A stretch of DNA of 64,000 bases. Origin: Yuukianura sp. NJ FZ-2021 (taxonomy: Eukaryota). Below are positions 34,901 to 50,000 of this stretch, piece after piece. Within the stretch, counting starts at the first letter, position 1; each line of letters begins with the position of its first letter. The notes beneath the pieces were generated by a model. It did not search any database. It saw only the letters and a program-made list of their open reading frames with translations, and was not told the origin of the DNA. Location of the stretch: assembly GCA_046563655.1 (NCBI GenBank), contig CM102290.1, positions 10,850,001 through 10,914,000 of the forward strand, given 5' to 3'. Made by a program: the position numbers and the translations under genes.

Positions 34901-37900
34901 GCTTTCTCGGTTAAACATACATCCGGAAACATCAAGAGTGAAGTGACTTACAAAAATCAGCGTTGCGTTGAAATGGAACCAGGTCAGTCACTGTATCTGC
35001 CTAACGTCAACGTAAAGCCGCCGTGAGAGTCCTATTACACAGTAAAAGTTAGGTTAGGAGATGACCTTTGTAGTGACTTTAAGGTCTTTGAGGTCAAATG
35101 ACCACACCCAATACTAGTACCATAATGAACAGGCAGCTTTACTCCTCCTAACCTTCGAGATGTCAATTTCTATTTCCAAAATCCCAATTGTTTCTGATTG
35201 TTCTACTCTCTTGGTAAATTCTGTATTTATGGGGCGGGTGTTTCTGATTTGATTACGTAAGGAATTGAGAGAGATAGAAGGATGACATGACACATTAGAT
35301 TTGTAGGACACAGGCAAATGTGGACGCCCTTTTACAGTAACTTACTATGTTTTGAAAATGTGTCACTGATTTTCAATCACTTTTACAATTTCATTACAAG
35401 TTAAAATGATTTTCATCTTAACATAAATTGAATAAGACATTACGTAGAAAATGGCATCCATTAGAGGAATGTCGCAGTGCCATAATGTAAACAAAGCGTT
35501 AATGACGTCCGTATCATGCGTTGTCCTTTGTCTTTCGCCAGTTTAACAGAAGACCCGAGATGGTAGATGGATTTGTTACCCGTTGTTGGAATGTTTATGC
35601 TGACCCCTGTGACATTGGACATAACTTTGAAGGAAATTGACAGAGATGATTTTGATCTTTGATTTATGGACTAACTGCCTTTCTGTCAAGATGATGAGCT
35701 TCGTGTTGGATTTAAGGCAGTGCGTGCAAAATGCAACGTAACAGACTTAAATGAGTCACTGCGATAATCTTGTCGTGGGATACGAAGATGCAAAAGATGC
35801 AAAGATGCAATCCGTGAAAGAAAAAGATGCGTTCTCTTCTCTCCCTCTTTTCAATTTTTCTCAACAAATCATCCCCTTTTTTCCAACAACGAGTCTTGCG
35901 CCAAGTAACCTACGCCACCGAGAATAGTAAAACTAAATTCAATACTAATGGCGCTAACTTTCAAATTTATCGGCTACTTACCAACCAGTGTTACATCGTA
36001 CTAAAGTGAGTCTGAGTACATTATAAGAATTATGAGTACCAAAGAAAGCGGTAGAATACTTACGCTAAAGTAACAAATGCATCAGCTGAGGAATTATTAT
36101 TTAAAAAAAACGGTTAATTAGCTAATTACCTTATTTGAACTTTAGAAACAAAAAGTTCTACGGTAACGAATATGGTGTCCATTAGAAAGATGTAGAAGAA
36201 GGGATGACGCAAGTTTGTACCATCTGCAAAGAGGAACAATTACACGTAGTTTCAATAGGAAAGAGTGCCAAAAATATAATAAAAGCACTGCAATAATGCC
36301 AGACAGAAATGCCACACAAAACTTGCTAACGTCAATGCATACAATGTGAAAAAAAAATTAGGCTACAAAAATATTAATACACTGTTGAAGATGTTATAAA
36401 ACTTAATGCGATTGATGCATGCAGCAGTACGGAATAATGCAATATTAAATTAAAACTGTAAAAACCGCCTTTTTAAGGCGATACTTTGCCATTTGGTGTA
36501 AATTGGGTTTTTAAGATGTTTTTGCTTTCTTTGCTTTAAAAACAAAAACAATGCTGTAAAAGCAATGCTGGCTCGCATAGCATGAACCTATGTCACTGTA
36601 TTATTGTACAATTTAACAAATTATACATCCAAACGGTTAAATTAAGTTGGACAATGCGATCCATAACTATCTTCACCTTCTAAAACGTAAAATATATTGT
36701 AAAATGCTAGTTAATGCCTAACCTCTAAAAACAGCAAAATCGCGACAACTGATACTATAGTTGTAAAGCAAAACAAAATTACTAAAAAAAGATTTTGGAG
36801 CGTAGAATATAATAATAATGTGTTAATATAATAATAGATAATTCAGGTAATAGTATGAGGACATAAGTATCGAAAAAAAGACACGATGAAGTTGAAATTG
36901 AATGTGGAAAATTCACTTTGACAAAAATACAAATGTTGAAAAATACGATATAACGACAGTGCACTAAATGAATATTAGTGTTAAGATATAAAATAACCTC
37001 TTTTGCACGGCCGACTGAGTTTTAGCATAGAGCCGCGCATAACTCTAGAAATGAAATTGTTATGGAGGGGGATGGTGGTGCTGTGCATTTGGAGGGATGA
37101 GGAACAACAAAGTGAACTCTCGTGGTGTACACATCTCTTACATTAGGAAGGAGCAGATGAACTCTCCACCAGTTCAAAAGCCCTCAGTTGTTGTTACACT
37201 GCAAGAGGAGACGGACACATCGTCCGCTCCTTACGTACTTCCTTGGACGACTCCTAAGGACACCCTACTAAACAGTGATCAACATGCTTCAGCAGTATTC
37301 AGCTTAACAATCATCAAACCAACGTCAGTCACACTCTGGACAATCAACACTTAACGGTCAGTTCTAACTCCTTGTCTTTGTATTGTTTAGAACAGTAAGG
37401 TTTTGGTAAACATTGCTCGCCCACATTTCAAAGGTGTCATATGCCATTTCTTGTGTAAATTTAATTGTCTGTCACAGAAGGGGGATAAAGTACATTTGGT
37501 TTCTCGGTTCTCCTTGGCTAATGCGGTGTCTTGATGTCCCGGATTTTGGCATCAACTGCCTTGGATATTTAAGTGTGGGAGGACGTTAAAAAAATTGTCA
37601 TCTTCGTTTCGGCCCACACTCCTTCATTTTTAAAGTTTAGTTCGTTCCCTCTTGTTACTAAGCTGGTGTAGGAATTGGTGACCTCAGGGATCCCTTTAGC
37701 TGCCAAGTTTTAATAGAGAAACGAGAAACCAATTCGTTTTGTTATCCTGTGGCATAAGTAGTGAGTCCATTGTGTTTATAAGGTAAAGTACCGTTATGCC
37801 ATTCCTCTCACCCTGTTCTGCACAGACCTGTCTATCCACGTTTCTCAATGAAGAGAAAACAGGAGACTTTAGACGGTTACAAAGTAGCCACAGCATGGCT

Positions 37901-39387
37901 ACTTGTTACTTTGTAGTAACATACTTAAGTCTGTTTAAAGAATTGGAACGTATTACATGCATTTTCATCTACTGTATGTTTATATGGGATGGAAATGCAT
38001 CCTCTGGATTAGGAAATCCGTTCTTATCTAATCGACCATTGATACTTGCAGCCAAGTCTTAAGATGTTCAATTCATTTAGAGATTCACTTTTATAAGTTA
38101 AAGTAGTTTTTATAGCGAGTAAGGCAAAAATTTCATTGTGAACTGTCTGAGATACGTTTTGAGCAAATCTCAAAATGGCGGTAGGCTGAACATGAACGGG
38201 TAACGGTGTCTGAAAGCCCATTCGCCTTGATCTGGATTTGAAAGGAAATGGGCGGATGGATACGTACGAACAGTCTTTGAGTTTATAAAAATTGTTATTA
38301 GAAACAAAGTTTATGCGCCTGCGTTTTGATGATTTGTGTAACAAGTTATGTTTTGGTGATTGCGTAAATCGTTCCAGCTGATGCTGATATTCATGCTATC
38401 GTCCATTTAGTGTTTACTGTGTGTGAATGAATTCCTGTTTCAATTCACACTTCCACTTACATTTCACTCAGATCGTATTCGTTCCAAACAACTTAACTTA
38501 TATTATGTAACTTTAGTACATAGAGATACTAGGTGCAGAACTAACATGGTAATGCAAGTCGAAACTAAAAGTGTAAATTGAAACGAGCCGCACTGAAGCT
38601 TAAGTGGTGAAGACAGTGTTATGGTCATTGACCTCTGGCTGGAAATTGGTTCAGTGGAAGTGAAGTGTAGTGAGGACCACAAGAATTTAATTGACTTTGG
38701 CACATGTCATGAGCAGAACATAGTGTCACACAAGCTTACATCTCACACTATGTAGCTTAGAAGTGTATAACTTTTCACAACATAAGGAAATCCTATCTAA
38801 ATTACATATTCCAGTGAACCAAAAAGGAAGATTTACTTTGGATTTTTTTTGGAGGATATTGATGCCTGCTGGCTTTCCTGGTGGCGAAGTATAAGGAAAA
38901 GGAATGGTTTTTAGAACAAACTTTTTCGAATAGAAACAAAAGATATTTTTAGCTTTTTAAAAATCCTTCCAACACGCGCTTCACGTTCAAACTTGTTTAG
39001 AAAAAGCGTTCTTCTGGGTAGGTTAGGTGCTACTTACACTTAAGTTACTAACCAATCTCTCTCCACTCCATTCCTCTTCCTTTCGTTCAGAGAGAGTTCA
39101 ATGTTCAATTCTTTTTTAAAAGTTTTAGTATTACTTATATCCTGTGGAAGCCATGTCATGGTTCCTTTTTTTCTTTTGTCTATTTAAACTTCCCCTCCAA
39201 AAATGAGCCTGAGGCTAAGCACTCTAACATAACCGGAGTACAGGGGCTATCCAAGTCCCCCTCCCGGGTAACACGGTTACATTTGACCCAAACCTGACCG
39301 TGCCCGTGGGCTTTAAATTATGGGCAAAAAACTCGTCCAGTATTTTTTGCATCATTGGAACTGAAGTTCATAACGCCTACTATATAT

Positions 39388-39672
39388 TTTTTACGTTTTT
39401 AGGTTAACGTGGCGTTAACGTTTTTTATACTAAAGTTTATTCACCTTAGGTGCTACGTAACAATGTAGGTGTCAACTACCTTGTGCAAATGCGTCAGCGT
39501 ACAAGGCCAATCAATGTATAAAGTAAAAGTTACCCGTGATGCACCCATAATTTTTCGTTTTTAGGTTAACGTTGCGTTAACGTTTTTGACTAAATTTTGT
39601 TCACCTTAGGTATATGTACGTAAACGTAACAATCTTAAGTGTCAACCACCTTAGACGAATGCGTCAGCGTAG
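39388..39672. repeat. Diverged direct duplication, ~120 bp x2 (about 39388-39506 and 39551-39672)
   Basis: Shared blocks CGTTTTTAGGTTAACGT.GCGTTAACGTTTTT, TTCACCTTAGGT, GTGTCAAC.ACCTT and AATGCGTCAGCGTA. Confidence 0.8.
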
Positions 39673-42600
39673 AAAGCGGATGTTGGAAGTTAAGGTTTTG
39701 GTTAGCTTGGACTTCAAAATTTTGTGTTTTTGTGAACGCTTTTTTTAAAATTTTAAAATTCTTCTCCATCGGCCCCATTCGACAAGTGAATCTCTAGAGA
39801 TTTTTTGTTCTTCGTTTTTGTTATGGAAGGTTCGAGCCCTCCTGTCTCTGCGTCCGCTCTGCTACCAGAGCTTCCATGTCAATTTATTTACCTGTGTTTA
39901 TATCTCATCTGCTCTTCTTCACTTACTATTATGGCCAGTTTAGAGAGGTTCTTGCCTCCCTTGTTCTTGTTGCAAAGTCATGGGGATGTCTGGTAACTTC
40001 GTAACTGGTAAACTGGTAACTGGTTGGTAGGTAACTGGTAGAACGTGAAGCCTAAGGAAAATCTACCTTTGTCAGTCCATTTTCTACAGTGAGATGCAAT
40101 CTCTCTCTACCCCATTGTCAGAGCTTGAGGGCACGGATCGGACCCGGATTATTTCTTCAAATCCTCGTCAGTTCCTACCCCTTGAAGGCACGCAGTGCTA
40201 AAACCTCTGCAACGGAAATTGAACATGTTAGAGTACGTAGGAGTACAAAGAACCACGACACCTTGCAATTTAATATGTTTAAAAGTCCAAAGCACTAACA
40301 CCAGTCTTGGTATCCCTCAACATCCAACGTCAACAAAGAAAAGGAATTGGATTTTTCAAAAGTCTATTTTGAATTTATCGGGTCTAACATTAGTCCTCCG
40401 AAATTTGAAATTTTGACGTGACTAACTTCATAATATTTTAGGTTAGTCTGGTTTTTTCTTTTTTTAAAATTTGTCTTGACAGGACGACAGCAAAAAGTTT
40501 TGCAACAACAACCCTAAAAACGTCGTACTTTTTATGTCAACGGTCGTAAACTTTTTTTTGGACACATTTGGGGAGTCATTCATGTTGTGTGAGACAGAAG
40601 AACTTCACACGTCAGTGTGAGTGAGTGGTGACTATGAGATTTGGGGCTTAATAGTTACTGTAAATTAGTGGGTTGGTGCTAGGTCACTGCTCAAAAAGTC
40701 CTGTTGGATTTTTGCAATCCCAAACATGAGTAACCTCCACCTCTGATTCTGAAGAAGTGGATGTCAGTAGATCCACCTTGGTATACTTTTTGGACTGGTT
40801 TCCCCACCTTTGAAGTCGTTTCGATATTCGTTGTGGTGGTGCATGGTGCAGATTTTGCCAAAGTGCAGCTTCAACCTCGTCATTTCGTGTAACATACATG
40901 AGGATGTTGGCGGAGATGGAAAAATTTCACGTGTTTCTGTCATATGTAGTAGTTTTTGTGTCCAAAAATGTTAGTTGACAACGTTTTATTGAGTGACAGG
41001 AAACTGGCAAATCTAATAAGGTCGAAAAGTGTTACATAAATTGCATTTAGGAAGTTTGGAGACCAGCAGCACATAAGCGACAAGCACGTTTAATGTTGGA
41101 AATACGCGCTTCTGAAACTGTCCGAATTTGAATAACTTTGACATTCGCGGAATTTGAATCAGATTTACCGATTTTCGCTAAACTTTTGGAAAGGAACTCA
41201 TGTAAACTGGATTTATTTGAAATCAATTTTTTGTAGACGACGACGAGGAGAAAAACATTTTTGATTTTTGTTGAAAGTCAGAAACAAAAATGGAAATGGC
41301 ATTTGCGTGTTACGAACATTTTTATGTTTTTGAAAACTGGCGCTGCAGGCTGGCCAGCCTTCCATTTTGTCTTAATTATTGTATTGTTTAGTCTCCATTA
41401 TTTTTCCTTGCTTTTTTTTGCGTTACTGGCGGTTCCTTGTTTTGCGTTTTGCTTAAGCAGTTTTACTGTAGTCCGTTGGGAATGAAAAAGTACTTTTTTT
41501 GTGTTCATCCAAGTTTGCTATTTGGTCATTCAATTTTTACCTTGTATAAAATGGACAAAGAGGGATTTAGCCTCATCAAAAACTTACTGTACTGTAAAGT
41601 GTTTCCATTGTCTTTTTTTGAAGTCATTTCAAAAAGTTGTTTTTTAGAAACTCGGGGTAGATGACTCAGAATTTTCTGGAAGCAGTCCAGCAATTGTCCT
41701 TTTTTTATTTTTAGTGCTCGAGTCAATGATTTTTTGATTTCTTTAGCCCGAATATAATCGTAAACTGTTTCTGAAAAAAGTTTTAAGCCGTTTCTTGTAA
41801 ATCATTGTCAATGACCTCTGAGCATGAAGTCGTTACCGTAAAAGTTCCAATAAGCGCCCTGGTGCGTGTTTGGAGACGTATGGGATTATCCTTAGGTTGA
41901 GTTCCTGGCAGTTCTGTTTATCAGACCTGTCAAAAATATTTTGTGTTTTAGTTTTTTTTGTAACTTTTTGTAAAAAATAAATATTTAAATATAATATTAA
42001 ATAAATATTAATTATATTTATTTAATATATAATAATATAGTATTATTTAAAAGAAAAAAACGATATTTATTATCAATACTTGGATGGTATTTAGTAAATA
42101 TTTCTTTACAGACGTAATGACTTTGGGCAGGTTTTTGGGGAGGGCGCGAATGCGTATCAGCGCTTGATAGAAGTTTTACGGTATTTTTTGGATGTTTGAT
42201 AAGTTGGATATGAGCTGGACTTGTTTTTGTGAAAATTCAAGACTTCCTGTGCCTCATTCCATTGAAAACTCAATGTACCGAAAAAATCGTATTGTCTAAG
42301 ATTGTTGCCTTGAGACGTTGATATCTTGTGGGCTTTGTGTTTCATGTTGAGTAAGTTCAGACGTTGTGGAGCTTGTATAAGATTTGGAAGGTGTAGGTAG
42401 CCTTTGGGTTGTCAGTCCAACTTAAAGTTTGCGGAACCAGAAGCCAATGCCTTACTTGGCCATGAAATCCCATTCGAACTTGTCTAATTGTTGATTAAAA
42501 GAGCCTAGAGGTTTTATGTTACCCAGAAGGAGCTTAGATTTTATGGTTATGGATGGGGCCGTTGGACGATTTAAAATAAGCAAAACTTTTTGTTAATTTC

Positions 42601-42677
42601 AGACGGAAGGATTGGCTGGTCGGTGCTCCAAGTGTTTTCGTGGAGAAATTTTGAACAGTGTTTTTTAAAAAGTTCAA

Positions 42678-44033
42678 ATGTCGAGCGGAAGTACGGCTCT
42701 GTTGAACTCAGTGGTTGGAATTGGGGGGCCAGTTTCTGTGCCGACGAAGTTGCATACGACAATAGGAAGTACGGGAGGACCGAATCTCGGCATGCCGCTG
42801 TCCAGAACCAGATCTCTACTGAACAATATCAACGGAGTGAACGGAGTTGGATCTGGCGGATCATCTTCAACTGGGTCATCGAGTAACAGTAACGGCGGAG
42901 TGTCTCAGTCTACAGCCAATGGAGAGTCTCCCGGGGACAATTCTTCGTTTGGACTGTCACTGACTCTGGATTCGTCGCAGAATGGCCCTGCGTCTCTTGC
43001 CGTCACGACACATCTTCCGCCGCTCAAAGGCTCCACGAAAGTTGTACAGAACGCAGGCTACGTGGGCGGAATAGACGTCGGAGTTGGATTCATTCAGCGC
43101 CTACTGAGTAATGGAAACGGAAGTGTCGACGGAGACACAAACTATGGAAGTCACATGTCCATGTCAACTACACAAATCATGCAAAATGGACATGGTGGAC
43201 ATGGAGGTCAAGTGAATGGAAATGGACGCCCAGCATCGGCTGACTACAATTCTGGCAATAGTGTTGTGGATGGATCGGCAGGGTCAAAGGGCAGTCGGAA
43301 CGGCAGCGTCATCATAGGATCTGTGCATGGAAATGGATCTGTTGTGCCGGCAGCTAATGGTGGGCCCAATGTCCCACCAAAATTTAAGTCAACTCCCGCC
43401 ACACCGGAACAAGTGACGAAATTGTATCAAAATAGACTCACGCCCTACGAACTCTCTGAAATCCATGGCTACTCGGAAGTATTCTTCGTTGGACTTGGAG
43501 CAAAGAAGCGGCCAGGCATAATTGGAAGCCACAATAACAATGGATATGACGATGACCAAGGGTCCTACATCCATGTCCAGCATGACCACGTTGGTTACCG
43601 CTACGAAGTCCTCAAAGTAATCGGGAAAGGCAGTTTTGGCCAAGTAGTGAAAGCTTTTGATCACAAGAATAACGTTCATGTGGCTCTGAAGATGGTACGA
43701 AATGAGAAGAGATTTCATCGCCAAGCTCAGGAAGAGATTCGTATTCTGGGTCATTTGCGTGAACTGGACAAGGACAATGGGATGAACATCATTCACATCG
43801 AAGATCATTTTACATTCCGTGGTCATACTTGCATTACCTTTGAGCTCCTCAGTCTCAACCTCTACGAACTGATCAAAAAGAATAAGTTTCAGGGCTTTAG
43901 TCTCCAACTAGTACGGAAATTTGCTCATTCACTTCTCCAGTGTCTAGATGCACTCTCTAGGCACAAGATCATACATTGTGATATGAAACCGGAAAATGTG
44001 TTACTCAAGCAGCAGGGACGGAGCGGTATCAAG
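42678..44033 (+). CDS. Dyrk2: Class-2 DYRK kinase (DYRK2/3-like), first coding exon; remaining exons lie beyond the window
   Basis: Gly/Ser/Asn-rich N-terminus, NAPA-like [11 protein letters not shown] box [52 protein letters not shown]; donor AAG|GTAAGC at 44033. No VIDFGSSC exon was seen downstream in the window. Confidence 0.92.
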
Positions 44034-47000
44034 GTAAGCTTAAAAAATACTTTGATTTTTTTTTACATTTTAAGAAGCATGTTAAAAAGTTTGGATAGCG
44101 CAGTAGGTGTATTTTAGAAAGAAATTAGGCAATTCGAGAGAATTTTAAATTTTAATGCAAATTTTTATAAATTTTTATTTATAGATAAATAAAAATTTTA
44201 ATAAATTTTAAATTTGAATCAACGAAGTTTCTAAAAAAAATTGAATAGGAATGACGGAGTTTTGTAAATTTGAATTCCCAGAAATCTTTTTAAAATTTTG
44301 AGAAGAAACGGTGAGGGGAGCGACGTGGTTTTTAAAATTTTGAAGAAGTGATGGAGTTATTAAAGGATTCGGAGAATTTTTTACAAAGTTTTCAAAAATT
44401 TGAGCAGAAAAGAAGTTTTAAAAAAAGATTCCGAGAAAAGAGGAGCGGGCGAGAGGAGAAAGTTTATTTTTTTACAACACAAACACGGAAGGATGGGAAA
44501 TTTTAATTTTGGGGTGCATACGAAAGCAGAAGGGAACTTTTGAATTGAGTGTTAGTCCAATGCCCTCACGCAGTTTTATTGATTTAATAATTCTTTAATA
44601 GCTTTGAATTCGATCGGAGAAAGTTGAAAGGGGTTGAGTCATGGGGTTCAGTGGACTTTTATGGCTGTGCTTTCTCACACAAAGAAAGAAAGGAGGTGTG
44701 GATGCGGAAGTAATAATAAATTTTGTGTTGGTAGCAGCCCTACCCTAACTTTTGAGTGTCCATTAAACTAATTTTGGATCAATCGCCTCCCTTTACTAGG
44801 CCCTTTATCAATTTAAGTTTAATTTTTGGCGCTTTTCCGGGAAAGTAAAATGGAAATGGATTCTAGCCATGGTGTTGCTGTGTTAAGAGCAGCAAGGAGA
44901 TTGAGGTTTGTAAGACAAGGGCTGTACAGTACAGCAAGCGTCAGTTGTGACTTTGATGTGTGCATGCATATGTACTACTAATGTTAGTATATGTGATGTA
45001 AGTTCTTTTCCACTGGAATTGACACGATGACCTCTGTGGTGAGTAGGAAGTCAGAGCGATGTCCTACTTATCATGACAGGGCAGGGGAAATGAACTGTGA
45101 GTTCCCATGCATGCTCGATAACTATTTTTTGTCTTATTGCGAGCAATATGGTGTGAACTGAGCTAGTTTTGGGAGTGGGGGCGGGAAGAGGGGTTAGGTT
45201 AGCCTAACTTTAGCCTAGCTTAAACCTAACTTTTAACTAGTATTAGCCAAACATGTGGCTGAGGTTTCAAGTGGTCAATACAATAGTGAACTGACTTGAA
45301 TTTAAGTCAGACTACTGGCCCAGTTGCATCATAATGAGCATCGTTCTCTCTCTCTTTATCTGCAAGTCCCTCAAGTACTTGCACTAGTTTACTTTAAACA
45401 TACTTAAATGTGCTTGCTCAAAAGATGCATACAGTGACGAAATGTATTGGTAAAGCAATGGCTAAAACGAATGGGATCTGTTTCGTTATAATTAGAATGC
45501 GTTTTAGAGCGTAGTGGACGCCAACGCTGGTTTTCTGGACGGTTTGCTCATAAACATGATTTATGTATGAGTTTTTTGAAATGAGAAAATGAGATTGTAA
45601 ACCAGAAGCATGGAGAATGGAGTTGGAGTATATGATAGGAAAAAAACTGAAATTTTGAATTTGGAATTTAAATATTTTGAAGTTTGATTTCTAAATAATT
45701 TTCATCGGAATTTTTTCACATTCAACAACGTATGAAAACTCGGAGGTATGGGATTGTAGGTGGATGTGAATTATAAACGCGGAAATACGGTACTATTGCG
45801 TCTGTGAAGAGATGACGTCAAAACTGCATTACTGAGATTGTGAAATTCAGGCTTATTACTAAACATACCCAATCTAACCTAAACTTTGTTTTTAGTTTAA
45901 CATGCTGTTTTATAGCATGATTTTGACTTAACGTATCGTACCATAACGTAACTAAGAACTAACTCAGTTCAGGCGTTTGACACTTTTGAGGTTTAATGTT
46001 TTCGTTTTTGTTTTGAATCACTTTTTTTGCACAGTGAAGCTGAACTGTGGAAGTGGAACTTTTGTGAAAATGGTTTGTTATGGTTATGGTCATGGTTTAT
46101 GAGATTGGACGTACTTGAGTTGGTGTTAATTGAAGAAATGAATAGAATTTGTGGTGATTGTTTGATTTGTGATTCAACGATTAGCGTTAAAGAGGAAAAT
46201 AGGAATTAGGAGGAGTGACGTCGTTTTTAGCTATTTAGTAAATATGTTATTTCCACAGTTTAGGTTAGTTGGTCTACTGAAAACAAAGGAGAAGATAGTG
46301 GGAGGGAGAGTAAATAGAATGCATTGTGCTTTTAAAGCTTTAAGTAAAGTCTTTCTTTGGAGAGTAGAACAAGGAAATGCAAATAAATGCATGGCATGAA
46401 CTATCGACGCAGCATTTTTAGTGGTACTGGGTTCAGGTATAAGGATTTGTTTAGTATTGGGCAAAGTGCCTGTAGTGCGTGGGGAATCATAATAAAAGTG
46501 TGCATTCATACATGTATAGTATTTTTTGGAATTTAATTAAGTTATGTTTTTACTGCAAGTGAGAAAGGTAAATTTGAGACCGGTAAGGCCAGAGTAGGGC
46601 AAAAATCCCATTACCTCTTGACTTTCACTCGGCACGTTTAGTGGTTCATTGTGAATTGGAAAATTTAAATTTTCCCTCGTTGCATTTTGAATTTCGAAGA
46701 GAGAGGTGAGGTGTTTTCCACTTGAACTTGACACAGAATGTATGGACTTGGACTTGGAGGGTGTGAAAGCCTTTAAGTGTGAGGTTGATGATAATGTAAA
46801 GTTAGGTTTTTAAAGTGTTAATGGCATGGTCAAATGGTTGTGTACAGTATTGGAGAGTTGGTACTACACAGAAAGCCAACGAGGCCAATGTTAGCTTTAA
46901 TGAATTGTGGAACGCGAGAGCATTTGGAAAATTAAAAACCGCGCCCTTGCTATCCTGCCGTGGCGGCAAAACACATTTCACCTTCCGTCGTTGCGGAGAA

Positions 47001-50000
47001 TTTAATTTTGGAGAGAGACTTGAGACTCAAGCTGTGTACGGAGCGAGATGGCCGTTGACTTGGTGGAAGCGATTAGGGAAGGCTGGAACAGCGAAAGATG
47101 TTACTTTGTGGACAGCATGACACGTTGCATGTGTTGAGAGCAATCAGCGATGTGTTTGCGCTTACTTCTTCTTTAGATCTTTGCGAATGGCGGATGGATT
47201 CTTGGTTCGTGACAAAGCGGTTATGGTAATTACAAGTTCAATATGTTGGGTACTTTGGCTGCTTTGTGTCTTGTTGGTAGAATAACTAAAATAGTAACTA
47301 TGCTTGTCGTTGGTAATCTTGATTTTTTAAGTGTGGTTAGTAATTATTTAGTTCATCTTATGAAAGATTTAGGAGCTGCTAGAGACATATATGGTGAGAA
47401 ACCACAGATGATATTTTGTGTTTGATGGTGTGGTTGCTCCTCTTTGCTGTAGCTACAGTTGCTGTTTACAGTTTGGCTGTTGGTAGTTTTGCCTTATGGA
47501 ATCAGTGTATACACCATTGTGATTTATACCTAAGTCTGGTAGTTGTTGAAGTTAACTACTGCAGTAGTAAGTAGTTAGTTATTGATTTCAAAGTTACCGT
47601 TGTTGTGCGGTTGCTCAGATGAATGAACATTGTGAGTGAGAGTTGTAGTGATGAATGAAGTGAGCAAATGGACTTTTGTGAATTACGACTTTCTAAAAGT
47701 TGTCCTATTTTAAGTCAATTTGAATCGTGCCGATGGACGAAGTGTGTAGCCTTTTATTATGTCCTCAATTTTCTTGTATATGACTTGGATTATGCAAGGT
47801 TTTGACGACCATTTTAACTGTTGAAATGTTGTAAGTCACATTAAAGACGAAAAACGTAAGTTTAATGCTTGGTAACGGTTAAGCAAAGTGGTTCAAGAAG
47901 TAGAAACTAGGATAATTCCAAATTAGGCTTTTGAAATATTACGCGTGCGTTGAGCCAGGACTCTTTTCAATTTGATGGTGCTGTGATTTGTTTTCCGTAC
48001 TTAAAATTTGAAATTTATAGAAAGGAAAGAGCTGAGCAAAAGGAAATTTGTGATTTTGTGATTTCTAATAATAATGATTGGATTTTTCTCTCTCACTCTC
48101 TCATAAAGATGTGCATAGATTGGACGGAATTGTAGATGTGATGAGGAAGATGTGAAAAACAATGATGAGTAATCATGAATTTTTAATTGAAATGCAAAGT
48201 TGTCCTTTCTTGTTAAGATGTTGTTTTCAAAGTTGTTATGAGGTTAGGTGCTTGTTGATTTTGCACTTGTACTTGAGGAGGAACCTGAACTGTGAACTTC
48301 TGAGAGTGTCATTTCCAATTGTGAAATTTAAATTAAGGCGCGCTGACACATACAATGTGGTGTTGACTTTGGCTCTTTCTTCCAGGTTACTAAACTTGTA
48401 AGATCAGTGATTAGTAAGAGTACAACATCGAATGAAATCCAATCTTGCTTCTGCGCATGGGGTGACGCCTTTTTTGGAAAGTGATCTGCTCAAGGTGAAT
48501 CTGCGTCTGCGTCATTGAAAATGAGTCGAATTTTGTTTAAGAATGTAACATCTTTGTTTTGAGATGAAACTGTTGCTATATAGTATTTTTCATTTGAATT
48601 TTGGCGGTTGGACGTATAGGCGGTAATGACGTTTGAATTTTCGGAATTTTGAAAATTTTAAATTGAAAATTTGAGTGATGGCTTTTGTTGAAAATGAAAA
48701 TGTAACTATATTGAGAAAAGGAAGACATCTCACGCGTCGTGTGGGGAACCCAAGGACATGAGCAGGAAGAAGAATATTTTTCTTGTGTCGACAGAACTTT
48801 GGCAAGCGATTGCTTTTTAGTGGAAACAGCAGCGGATGTGCTAATTTTCTCTATTTTGAATCTTCTCCTGATTCCTCGTGGAAAATATTCTTTCATCGAA
48901 TCCATTTGAAGATGCTGAGAGGTTGTAGGTTTCCGTAGTTTTTGAATTTTTTTATGATTTGGTTTTTGGTGTTGTAACTTTTTTTCTTTTTATAGACTCC
49001 GAAATACTAGAAATCTAAGGCGTAGTGCAGTAATTGTGCCTGTGGAAAAGAAAGTTTTGGAAAAAAAAAAAAAACTTTTTTCTTACGATTTTTTATGCTA
49101 AAGAAAAATTGGATATTTATGTTATGCTGAAAGCCGTCAGCTTAAAGTTAAAGATTTTTTGAAGAATTTTTTTTTGTGAGCGAACAAAGTACTAAGTAAG
49201 AGCAAGAAGCTCGGAAGTAAGTGTGACGTCAGAAACGAAACTGCCAACCCTAGAAATGTAATTTTGGTTTCTGCATTCTTTTGGATGCTTAAATTCTAAT
49301 TTTGTTCTGGAAATTCCGGTGGGTTTTAAATATTTCGGAGGACTTTCGGTTTTGGAATTTGGAAATTTTTGAAATATCAAATTAAACTAAAAAGTTTTAG
49401 GTTTTGGTGATTGGTTTGGATTTTTTGTTGCCTGCTTGGAAATGACGAGTGCTGATTAAATGGCTGTGGATATGTGGGGTAAATTCATGTTTGAAATTGA
49501 AAATTTTGAGCGAGTAAATTGAATTTTTGAATTTCATTTTAAAAAAAGGGAAGAAATTCGAGTAACTGCGTGCTTTGAGTGATGAGGTTTCATTTTTGTA
49601 TTTTAGTTTTTTTGTGTGGTTTTGAATCATTTTTAAATTGATTTTTGTTAAATAAAGGGAAGTCGATGTAATGAAAGAAGGGAGGGATTTTTTGAATTCA
49701 ACTTCAAACTGAAGCTCACCAAATTCAAAAAACTTCAACTTGAATTTCCGCGCTCCCCCTCTCCCCGATCTCTCTGCTTGTCGTCTCCATTTGTTTGCAC
49801 TGGAAGCCATTTTCAGTGATGGGAGCAGAAGGGCCTTTGTGCTTTGGTCCTTTTGAAAAGTAATGGGAAGTTCCCATTAGCTTGTACCTCGCACACAAGG
49901 ATTCTGTTTCGTAGAAACTAAAAGTTGGAGTACTTTTTGACCTAACATTTTGGAGGGGAGAAGTTTTTGAATTTTGGAAGAATTGCCGGGGAACTCTGTA

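Noticed and set aside
43389..43907. 172-aa antisense ORF over the DYRK exon (likewise antisense ORFs over Nipped-B and the orphan gene)
   Set aside because: Shadow ORFs of real coding exons with no independent features.
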